Below are positions 1 through 6,116 of a stretch of 6,116 nucleotides of DNA, one piece after another. The notes beneath the pieces were generated by a model. That model was not told where the DNA came from. It made no database searches and saw nothing but the letters and a program-made list of their open reading frames with translations. Numbering within the stretch: position 1 is the first letter of the stretch; every line of letters starts with the position of its first letter. The position numbers and the translations under genes are program-made. The stretch comes from a virus (lineage: Duplodnaviria; Heunggongvirae; Uroviricota; Caudoviricetes): the IMG/VR virus record IMGVR_UViG_2695420367_000002. One strand, given 5' to 3'.

Positions 1-49
1 CCGGTTTTCCTGTGCCGTCTTTCAGTACACCTGAAATCTTTACTGCCAT
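1..49 (-). CDS. stf: Side tail fiber protein, N-terminal 16 codons only (gene continues beyond window start)
   Basis: Minus-strand ATG at 49..47 (plus 'cat'), hand-translated as MAVKISGVLKDGTGKP and open to position 2. This matches the N-terminus of lambda Stf as I recall it. A purine-rich GGGGTGA lies just upstream on the minus strand. Position immediately downstream of lom matches lambda synteny. Too short for independent statistical support. Confidence 0.6.
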   Translation of the reverse strand, partial: MAVKISGVLKDGTGKP

Positions 50-58
50 ATTCACCCC

Positions 59-87
59 ACAAAAAAGCCCGCCTGAACCGGCGGGCT
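59..87 (-). terminator. Intrinsic (rho-independent) terminator-like hairpin downstream of lom
   Basis: Plus strand 66..87 is A-GCCCGCC-TGAACC-GGCGGGC-T: a 7-8 bp GC-rich stem with a 6-nt loop. The plus-strand A6 run at 61..66 places a U6 tract directly 3' of the hairpin on the minus-strand transcript, the correct orientation for the minus-strand lom gene (stop at 114..116). Confidence 0.6.
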
Positions 88-113
88 GTCATAACACTGT
101 GTTACCTGGCTAA

Positions 114-713
114 TCAGAACTTATAACCGACACCCACGATGAAACCGTCAGTGCGCCAGTCGCCACTGCCGGAGCCTTCATAAGCAATATCAATGGCCAC
201 GGATTCGGTCGGGTTAAACTGCACGCCAGCTCCCCACGCCAGAGACGTGTTGCTGTGGCGACCGTCATCACTTCCGGTCAGCACGTCGTGCGTTTTCCCC
301 TTGTTGTCAGTTACGCGGAGATAATCCCCGGAGAAAGTCGACACACGGCTGTAAGCCACACCCGCCATCGCATACGCGCTGAACCATTCATTCACGCGCA
401 CAGACGGCCCCGCCATTACGCTGAACCAGCGGTTACGCACGGAATCTTCATGCCAGCGGGTATCGCTGTAATGGGTCAGCTGGCGATTCTTGTCTCCTGC
501 ATAGCTGAAAGACGTCACCATCCCCAGTGTGTCCGTAAACTCATAACGGTATTTCACGTTAATCCCGTTCAGATCATCACTGCCGGGAACGTTCGTCCGG
601 GCATGAAGATACCCCGCGCTCAGCGTGGACTGATGTTCAGACGCCCATGCAGGCGCACCGGATACGGCCAGACAAATGGCTGCGGACAAAATGGCGGCAT
701 AAAGTTTACGCAT
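114..713 (-). CDS. lom: Lom outer membrane protein (Ail/Lom/PagC/OmpX-family 8-stranded beta-barrel), lysogenic-conversion gene
   Basis: 199-aa ORF with ATG at 713..711 and GAGAGG Shine-Dalgarno about 7 nt upstream. N-terminal signal peptide MRKLYAAILSAAICLAVSGAPAWA with an AWA-S cleavage site. C-terminal ...AIDIAYEGSGSGDWRTDGFIVGVGYKF, including the terminal Phe typical of beta-barrel OMPs, matches the lambda Lom C-terminus as I recall it. Sits directly downstream of J as in lambda. Confidence 0.9.
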   Translation of the reverse strand: MRKLYAAILSAAICLAVSGAPAWASEHQSTLSAGYLHARTNVPGSDDLNGINVKYRYEFTDTLGMVTSFSYAGDKNRQLTHYSDTRWHEDSVRNRWFSVMAGPSVRVNEWFSAYAMAGVAYSRVSTFSGDYLRVTDNKGKTHDVLTGSDDGRHSNTSLAWGAGVQFNPTESVAIDIAYEGSGSGDWRTDGFIVGVGYKF

Positions 714-734
714 AATTACCTCTCGCTTTTCTGC

Positions 735-761
735 AATAAAAAAGGCGTCATTTCTGACGCC
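735..761 (-). terminator. Intrinsic terminator-like hairpin between J and lom
   Basis: Plus 744..750 GGCGTCA pairs perfectly with 755..761 TGACGCC (7 bp) around a 4-nt loop; on the minus strand the loop reads GAAA (GNRA-type). The plus-strand A-run at 738..743 gives UUUUUUAUU immediately 3' of the hairpin on the minus-strand transcript. Located 19 nt after the J stop (780..782). Confidence 0.6.
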
Positions 762-779
762 CGTTCTGGGTTATAAAAT

Positions 780-3700
780 TCAGCTGATACTGATACCTGC
801 TGTGGATTTTTTCATCACCACAACCAGCAGATCGCTGATACTGGTTGTTGGTGTCCAGTTATTCGCTCCTGATGAAGATACGGTGAATGTCAGTGTCAGC
901 GTCCCCTGTCCGGCAGGCATATCTATAACTGAGGAAAATACGCCCTGAGCATCCGTCGTGGACTGATTAAAAATCTCCTGACCATTGCGGGTCACTCTTA
1001 ACCGGCAGGTTGAATACCAGTATGACTGTTGGTTATTACTGTTGAAATTCTCATGCTTACCACCGCGGAATAACACTGGCGGTATCATGACCTGCCGGTC
1101 AAATTTCTGATCATCACTGATTCTTACCGTGATGGTGCCACTGGCATAACTGTTCGTGCGGGGGAAAGACTTGCTGACCGTTTTGACAATATCGCCTTCA
1201 ATCTGATTGGCTGACAGTTTCCCCTTAATCTGACAGTTCTCATTAATCGTGACATTGTTGAGCGTCCCTGAATTTGCATTCACATTACCGCTGATATCCG
1301 CATTTTTAGCGGTCAGCTTTCCGTCTGGTGTCAGGGAAAATGCCGGCGGATTTCCACCGCTGGTAATGGTGGGAGCCGTCAGGCGTTTCAGGAACACGTC
1401 ATTCATGAATATCTGATCACCCTGACCAACAAACATCGGCTTTGTGTTGCCATTTGCAGGATTAATCATCGCAATCCTGTCCGCCGCCAGCAGCACCTGA
1501 CTCTGCATGCCGTCGGGGGTGTTCTCAATACCGGCACCGATACCCGCAATATAAAGGCGTCCGTCCTGCATCTGCTGCAGCTTCACAGCCCACATGCTGT
1601 TCAGGTTATTATTTGTATCAACCTGAACTTTCTGTATCTGCTGGATCGCTGCACTCTGGTCTTCCAGTTTCTTATTGACGGTCTGTGTGATTTCATTGCT
1701 GACATCCGTAATGGACGTCCTGATTTCAGCCAGGTCAGGCGCAAGCTGACCGTTATCAATCTGCGTCCACAGCTCCTGAGCCAGATGGGTTTTCCCTATC
1801 TCGCCTTTGAAAAAATCCAGATAGCCGGATGCATCATCACTCGGCTGACCAACAGCCTCCACGAATGCCGATTTGCCAACGGTGTTCACACTGCGGATAT
1901 AAAAGTAATAATCATGGCCCGGTTTGATATTGATACTGGCGGCTATCCAGTACAGCGCCGTGCCAAGGTAGCGGGCTGTGGTTTCAACCTGCCTGATATC
2001 GGTAATCCGCGTTTCCGAGAACCAGAACTCAAACTGTACCGTCGGGTCATAAACCGCAAGATGCGGCGTGGCGGTTATCTGAAAATAGCCCGGTGTCAGC
2101 TCAATCCGAGACGGCGCTGCCGGTGCGGCAATCCGGAACGATACCGACGCCGGATCGCCCTGCTGCCCCCACGCATTTACCGCCCGGACTGTCAGACTGT
2201 AATTTCCCAGAGCCAGCTGCCTGAAGCGGTATGTGGTTTCCGTCGTCCGGGCCGTGCTGACCAGCCGCTCACTGCCGTCATCCGCTGCCACGGTCAGGCG
2301 AAGCATAAAGCTCACGCCCTTCACCACCTTCGGCGTATCCCAGCGCGCCAGCACCTGGTATTCCCCGCTGTCTGCGGTGACTTCTGCGGTCAGGTGTTGC
2401 ACTGCTGGCGGAGTGACACCATTCACCGTGCCGCTCTGGTCGCCGTCAAAGTGCGCCCCGTTATCCACGATGGCCTCTTTCTCCGGTACATGCTGCACGG
2501 CAGTGATGGCATACGTGCCGTCGTCGTTCTCACGGATACTCACGCAGCGGAACAGGCGCTGGCGCAACGTCGGCAACTTCAGCCCCCACACGCTGTATTC
2601 AGCAACGCCGTCGGGAACACGGCTCACTTTCACCTTCACGCCGTCGGTGACGGACTGGACCTCCACGCTGACCGGATTACCCTCACCGTCAACCAGGCTT
2701 ATCAGCGTGGTGCCGGAGGATGGCAGCGTGATTTCACGGTCGAGCGTCAGCGTCCGGGTCTGGCTGTTCACCGCCAGCACGCGCCCGCCGGTGCTGATAC
2801 CGGCATAGTCATCATCACAGATTTCAATGACATCGCCCGGCACATGGCGAAGCCCTTCTGCGCCCACGCTGAAGTCCACGGTCTGCGTTTCCAGCAGTTC
2901 CGTTTTAATCAGCCACAGCCCGGCGCGGTGTGCCTGCCCCCGGCTGGTACAGCCAAAGGCATCCATCTTCGTGACATTGCGACCGTAACGGGCAATGGCC
3001 TGCGTATCCTCCACAAGCTCTGTCGCCGTCTCCCAGCCGTTGTTCGGGTCAATCCAGTTCACCTCAACGGCATTATGGCGGTCTTTCAGGGCGCTGAAGC
3101 TGTAGCGGAACGGCGCGCCATCATCCGGCATCACCACATTACTGCGGTTATAGGTCCACACCTTATCCGACGGTCGGTCCTGCACGAACGTCAGCGTCTG
3201 CCCGTTCCATACCGGCATACAGCGCATCGCCGAGCAGAAATCACTGAGCACATCCCACGCCTTGCGCTGCGTGGTCAGGTACGCATTACAGGTAATACGC
3301 GGCTCCGTGCCGCCAAAGCCATCCGGCACCGACTGGTCGCAATTCTGGCCGATGACATACAGCGCCCATTTATCCACATCCGCCGCACCAAGACGTTTCC
3401 CCATGCCGTAGCGCGGATGGGTCAGCATATCCCACAGACACCAGGCCATGTTGTTGCTGTATGCCGGTTTAAACGTTCCGTCCCAGATACCGCTGTATTG
3501 CCGCGTCTGCGGGTTATAGTTCGACGGCACCTGCAGAATACGCCCGCGCAGATGATAATTACGGCTCACCTGCTGGCTGCCGAACTGCTCCGAATCCACC
3601 TGCACGCCGACCAGTGCCGTGTTCGGGTAGCACTGTTTCACATCGATGATTTCGGTGTATGACGACCAGAGCGTTTTGTTCTGCAGCTGGTCTGTGGTGC

Positions 3701-4262
3701 TGTCCGGCGTCATTCTGCGCATCCGGATATTAAACGGGCGCGGCGGCAGGTTATCCACCACCACCGAGGCCAGATACTGCGAGGTGGTTTTGCCCTTAAT
3801 GGTGATGTCTTTTTCCGTCACCCAGCCACCATTACGCTGTATCTGAACCAGCAGGCGAACTTCCGACGGATTCCGGTCCCCCTTTGAGGTGGTTTCCACC
3901 AGTGCCTGCACACCGAAGGTCAGGCGCAGACGGTCGATGTTTGCCGACGTGATGGTGCGGGTGATCGGCGTGTCATATTTCACCTCCGTACCCAGCACCG
4001 TCTCGGAGCCGGAGGATTCAAATCCCTCCGGCGGTGACTGCTCCTGCTCACCTGCCCGGAACACCACCGTGACACCGGAGATATTGGTATTCCCCTCACT
4101 GTCCAGCACTGGCGTACTGTTCAGCAGCACACTTTTTAATCCGTCCACCGGACCTTCAACCGGCCCTTCACTGATGGCGTCTATCACGCTCAGTATCTGG
4201 GATGATTTCAGGTTGTCCTTCGCTTCGCGCGGGGTATGCCCCTTACTGCTGCCTTTACCCAT
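780..4262 (-). CDS. J: Tail tip / host specificity protein J (central tail fiber, receptor-binding), 1160 aa
   Basis: Single uninterrupted 1160-codon ORF with ATG at 4262..4260 and GAGGA immediately upstream. N-terminus [20 protein letters not shown] and long stretches of the first ~790 residues match lambda gpJ as I recall it. Position between I and lom is canonical. The distal ~370 residues are more divergent and lower in GC. Confidence 0.95.
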   Translation of the reverse strand: MGKGSSKGHTPREAKDNLKSSQILSVIDAISEGPVEGPVDGLKSVLLNSTPVLDSEGNTNISGVTVVFRAGEQEQSPPEGFESSGSETVLGTEVKYDTPITRTITSANIDRLRLTFGVQALVETTSKGDRNPSEVRLLVQIQRNGGWVTEKDITIKGKTTSQYLASVVVDNLPPRPFNIRMRRMTPDSTTDQLQNKTLWSSYTEIIDVKQCYPNTALVGVQVDSEQFGSQQVSRNYHLRGRILQVPSNYNPQTRQYSGIWDGTFKPAYSNNMAWCLWDMLTHPRYGMGKRLGAADVDKWALYVIGQNCDQSVPDGFGGTEPRITCNAYLTTQRKAWDVLSDFCSAMRCMPVWNGQTLTFVQDRPSDKVWTYNRSNVVMPDDGAPFRYSFSALKDRHNAVEVNWIDPNNGWETATELVEDTQAIARYGRNVTKMDAFGCTSRGQAHRAGLWLIKTELLETQTVDFSVGAEGLRHVPGDVIEICDDDYAGISTGGRVLAVNSQTRTLTLDREITLPSSGTTLISLVDGEGNPVSVEVQSVTDGVKVKVSRVPDGVAEYSVWGLKLPTLRQRLFRCVSIRENDDGTYAITAVQHVPEKEAIVDNGAHFDGDQSGTVNGVTPPAVQHLTAEVTADSGEYQVLARWDTPKVVKGVSFMLRLTVAADDGSERLVSTARTTETTYRFRQLALGNYSLTVRAVNAWGQQGDPASVSFRIAAPAAPSRIELTPGYFQITATPHLAVYDPTVQFEFWFSETRITDIRQVETTARYLGTALYWIAASINIKPGHDYYFYIRSVNTVGKSAFVEAVGQPSDDASGYLDFFKGEIGKTHLAQELWTQIDNGQLAPDLAEIRTSITDVSNEITQTVNKKLEDQSAAIQQIQKVQVDTNNNLNSMWAVKLQQMQDGRLYIAGIGAGIENTPDGMQSQVLLAADRIAMINPANGNTKPMFVGQGDQIFMNDVFLKRLTAPTITSGGNPPAFSLTPDGKLTAKNADISGNVNANSGTLNNVTINENCQIKGKLSANQIEGDIVKTVSKSFPRTNSYASGTITVRISDDQKFDRQVMIPPVLFRGGKHENFNSNNQQSYWYSTCRLRVTRNGQEIFNQSTTDAQGVFSSVIDMPAGQGTLTLTFTVSSSGANNWTPTTSISDLLVVVMKKSTAGISIS

Positions 4263-4284
4263 TCCTCACGCTCCAGAAACGACA

Positions 4285-4304
4285 AAACCGCCCGCAGGCG
4301 GTTT
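4285..4304 (-). promoter_or_regulatory. Perfect 8-bp hairpin in the I-J intergenic spacer (possible attenuator or RNA stability element)
   Basis: Plus 4285..4292 AAACCGCC pairs perfectly with 4297..4304 GGCGGTTT around a 4-nt loop (CGCA). On the minus-strand mRNA the hairpin is followed by UGUCGUUUCU and then the J ribosome-binding site and ATG. Lies between the I stop (4323..4325) and the J start (4262). Confidence 0.35.
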
Positions 4305-4322
4305 CACATAAAACATTTTGCA

Positions 4323-4964
4323 TCAGCGACCAATCACCACAACCTGACCACCATCCCCTTCGTCTGCCGTGCTGATCTCCTGAGAAACCACACGTGACCC
4401 CACGCGCATTTCCCCGTACAGAACAGGCAGAACATTACCCTGGGCAACCATGTTATCCAGTGATGAGAAATAGGTGTTCTGCTTACCGTTATCCGTGCTG
4501 GTCGTTGTTGCGGTACTCGCTTTCGGTGCCAGCATCTGTGCAACACCGCCAAGCGTCATCGCCGCACCCATTGAAAAGAGAATGTCACTGAAAGCGATAC
4601 TGATCCCCGGCATCCAGATTGCCGTAGCAATCAACGCCGCACCCAGCACCGCCTGAAACACACCGCCACTTTTTGCTCCCGCAAGACGCGGTACGATGTG
4701 GATCACGGCACCATTTGCCAGCGGTTCATTAAGACGGGCAGATAATTCATTTTCGCCTGCATCACGCCCGGCAATCCGTACCTGATACCAGCCCTCATTC
4801 AGTTTCTGGCGAAACGACGGAAACTGTGTGGCCAGTGCGCGGATGGCTTCAGCCCCCGTTTTCACACGAAGGTCGATGCGGCGGCAAAATCGTTGTAAAT
4901 CCCCGTAAAGGCAGATGCGTGCCATTCCCGGTGACGCCAGAGGGAGTGTGTGCGTCGCTGCCAT
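4323..4964 (-). CDS. I: Tail tip assembly protein I (N-terminal ubiquitin-like domain ending in GG, then a hydrophobic segment)
   Basis: 213-aa ORF with ATG at 4964..4962 and GAGG about 7 nt upstream on the minus strand. N-terminus MAATHTLPLASPGMARICLYGDLQRF and C-terminus ...NGKQNTYFSSLDNMVAQGNVLPVLYGEMRVGSRVVSQEISTADEGDGGQVVVIGR match lambda gpI as I recall it; the central region is divergent. Overlaps the 3' end of K by 103 nt, as in lambda. Confidence 0.9.
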   Translation of the reverse strand: MAATHTLPLASPGMARICLYGDLQRFCRRIDLRVKTGAEAIRALATQFPSFRQKLNEGWYQVRIAGRDAGENELSARLNEPLANGAVIHIVPRLAGAKSGGVFQAVLGAALIATAIWMPGISIAFSDILFSMGAAMTLGGVAQMLAPKASTATTTSTDNGKQNTYFSSLDNMVAQGNVLPVLYGEMRVGSRVVSQEISTADEGDGGQVVVIGR

Positions 4965-5605
4965 TTGTCGGTATACCTCTCTCGTTTACTCAGTTGTTCA
5001 GGAATATGGTGCAGCAGCTCACCGTCGCCGCAGTAAATGGCGGCATGATTCGGCACCGATGAACCAAAACAGCACAGCAGCACATCGCCCGGTTGTGCTG
5101 ATGACAACGCCACCTGATACAGCCCTGTGGCCTCCAGATTATCCAGATAGAGATTCTGACCTGATTTCCACCAGTCATCATGTCGGTAAAAATCCGGCAA
5201 ATCGATACCTGCAAGATGATAGGCATCGCGGAACAGCGTATAACAGTCCGTCACCCCGTGCTCAAAGCGCCGCCCGGTGAGATGCGGCACACAGCGGAAC
5301 TTGTGAATCGCCCCCCGGCAGACCAGCCACCACGGCAAATCACTCTGCACCTGCAGCCGCCGGTCAGCCTCACTCAGCCAGGGCAGACCACAGGGATGAC
5401 TGTGGACCAGTGCCACAATCTCACCCTGCATCTCTGCCTGCAGCCAGTCCTCCGGAGCCATCCGGAAATACTCCTCCGGCTCACCGGAAATATTCACGCA
5501 GGGAAAATATCTTTCCCCCTCCGGCGTGCTTACCACGAAGCCGCACGACTCCGCTGGCGCACATCGCCGGGCGTGCGCCAGAATCGCTGATTCTGTCTCT
5601 GTCAT
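4862..5605 (-). CDS. K: Tail tip assembly protein K (N-terminal JAB/MPN JAMM metalloprotease domain plus C-terminal NlpC/P60 cysteine peptidase domain)
   Basis: ORF open from 5647, but the first ATG is at 5605..5603 (MTETESAILAHARR...), 4 nt after the L stop codon. JAMM motif H-x-H-x7-S-x2-D is intact in VALVHSHPCGLPWLSEAD. NlpC/P60-type catalytic Cys (VTDCYTLF) and downstream His residues (PNHAAIY, LLHHIP) are present. The codon at 5647 in the ORF track is TTG, not ATG (checked by hand). Total 247 aa from the ATG. Confidence 0.85.
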   Translation of the reverse strand: MTETESAILAHARRCAPAESCGFVVSTPEGERYFPCVNISGEPEEYFRMAPEDWLQAEMQGEIVALVHSHPCGLPWLSEADRRLQVQSDLPWWLVCRGAIHKFRCVPHLTGRRFEHGVTDCYTLFRDAYHLAGIDLPDFYRHDDWWKSGQNLYLDNLEATGLYQVALSSAQPGDVLLCCFGSSVPNHAAIYCGDGELLHHIPEQLSKRERYTDKWQRRTHSLWRHREWHASAFTGIYNDFAAASTFV

Positions 5606-5609
5606 GGGA

Positions 5610-6116
5610 TTACTGCGAAAGTTTGTTAATGGAAAGGAAGCCGCCAAAGTTGCCGACGTTATTGCGAAACTTACAGCCGCTCAGGCATTTGCTGCATTTA
5701 TCCTTCGTGATATCGGACGTCGGCTGGTCATATTCATCCGCGACTGCCGGACCGTGATAACCGCACTCATCACCGCGATAGGTCCAGGTGCAGGTGTTGG
5801 CCAGCATGATACGTCCCGGAAAAACAGCGCCATCCGTTTCCGTCGGCGTGGACAGTACAAAGGAGGCACTCACCGCGCTCAGTTCGCTGCACTGCTCGAT
5901 GCGCCAGCGGCTGATCACCTCCTGCTCCGGATCGGCGTCACTGTTTCCGTTGACGAAGTTCACCGCATCCAGAAAACGGGCGTAAACCTTACGCCGGACC
6001 ACCGTTCCGCCGACCAGACTCTGCAGATCTTCCGCCATCCCGGTGACCATACCGTACAGGTTAGAAACCGTCAGCGTGGGGCGCGTACTGGTGCCTTTGC
6101 CATTCAGTTCAAAACC
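5610..6116 (-). CDS. L: Tail tip protein L, C-terminal ~168 codons (5' end of the gene lies beyond the window)
   Basis: Hand translation of the minus strand from the window edge gives GFELNGKGTSTRPTLTVSNLYGMVTGMAEDLQSLVGG..., in frame with the 146-aa track ORF and with no stop to the edge. The track's start at 6050 is therefore an internal Met. The Cys-containing C-terminus (TCTWTYRGDECGYHG...KDKCSKCLSGCKF) matches lambda gpL as I recall it. Stop TAA at 5612..5610. Confidence 0.9.
   Translation of the reverse strand, partial: GFELNGKGTSTRPTLTVSNLYGMVTGMAEDLQSLVGGTVVRRKVYARFLDAVNFVNGNSDADPEQEVISRWRIEQCSELSAVSASFVLSTPTETDGAVFPGRIMLANTCTWTYRGDECGYHGPAVADEYDQPTSDITKDKCSKCLSGCKFRNNVGNFGGFLSINKLSQ

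Noticed and set aside
255-776. 173-aa plus-strand ORF
   Set aside because: Antisense to lom across almost its whole length, Arg/His-rich, no ribosome-binding site context. Lom is strongly supported on the other strand.
714-779. Possible lom promoter (TATAAC on the minus strand near 774..769)
   Set aside because: An isolated -10-like hexamer with no convincing -35 partner; it would place the transcription start inside the terminator hairpin. Kept only as a remark under the lom finding, not annotated as a feature.
1785-3662. 625-aa plus-strand ORF, with a nested 191-aa ORF at 2233..2808
   Set aside because: Entirely antisense to the well-supported J gene in its GC-rich portion. The translation is Arg/His/Ala/Pro-rich and low-complexity, with no recognisable motifs. 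Long stop-free antisense frames are expected opposite GC-rich coding sequence.
3646-4311. 66-aa and 140-aa plus-strand ORFs (3646..3846 and 3889..4311)
   Set aside because: Antisense to the 5' part of J; no motifs and no support beyond being open.
4334-5062. Small ORFs overlapping I on both strands (4334..4552 minus, 4394..4591 plus, 4474..4656 plus, 4826..5062 plus)
   Set aside because: Alternative-frame or antisense ORFs inside the strongly supported I and K genes; Cys/Arg/Trp-rich translations typical of off-frame reads.
5606-5647. Track-reported K start at 5647
   Set aside because: Hand check shows this codon is TTG and it overlaps the last 12 codons of L. The ATG at 5605, 4 nt after the L stop, is the more plausible start.
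4915-5985. ORFs overlapping K and L (4915..5280 plus, 4990..5226 minus, 5180..5590 plus, 5410..5757 plus, 5681..5869 minus, 5788..5985 plus)
   Set aside because: All lie within or antisense to K and L, which are supported by synteny and conserved motifs. No independent signal.
6048-6050. Track-reported L start (Met at 6050)
   Set aside because: The reading frame stays open to the window edge at 6116 and the upstream translation continues the L sequence, so this is an internal Met of a gene truncated by the window.
1-6116. CRISPR array, tRNA or rRNA, IS element or integrase, or a novel defence or toxin system
   Set aside because: No direct-repeat/spacer periodicity, no cloverleaf-like candidates seen, no terminal inverted repeats, and no unassigned coding space. 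The window is fully occupied by the L-K-I-J-lom-stf module.

Overview
The whole window reads as the tail-tip and distal tail module of a lambda-like (lambdoid) siphophage or prophage from an enterobacterial host, encoded entirely on the minus strand. Gene order, right to left in window coordinates, is L (partial, runs off the 3' edge), K, I, J, lom and the first 16 codons of stf (runs off the 5' edge). This is the canonical phage lambda order and spacing: L and K abut, K and I overlap by 103 nt, and short hairpin-containing spacers separate I/J, J/lom and lom/stf. I see no inserted cargo, CRISPR array, RNA gene or mobile element, and no evidence of a separate undescribed system; the intergenic spaces are too small (about 60-66 nt) to hold one. 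The points worth a second look are internal to this module: (1) J is compositionally mosaic, with a GC-rich lambda-like proximal two-thirds and an AT-richer, divergent distal third that includes the receptor-binding end; (2) K carries an intact JAMM/MPN metalloprotease motif plus an NlpC/P60 catalytic domain, and I looks like a ubiquitin-like domain ending in Gly-Gly followed by a hydrophobic segment; (3) lom is bracketed by intrinsic-terminator-like hairpins, as expected for an insulated lysogenic-conversion 'moron'; (4) a perfect 8-bp hairpin sits between I and J. All plus-strand ORFs in the track are antisense to these genes and are judged spurious. Protein family assignments rest on my recollection of lambda protein sequences and motifs, not on a database search.
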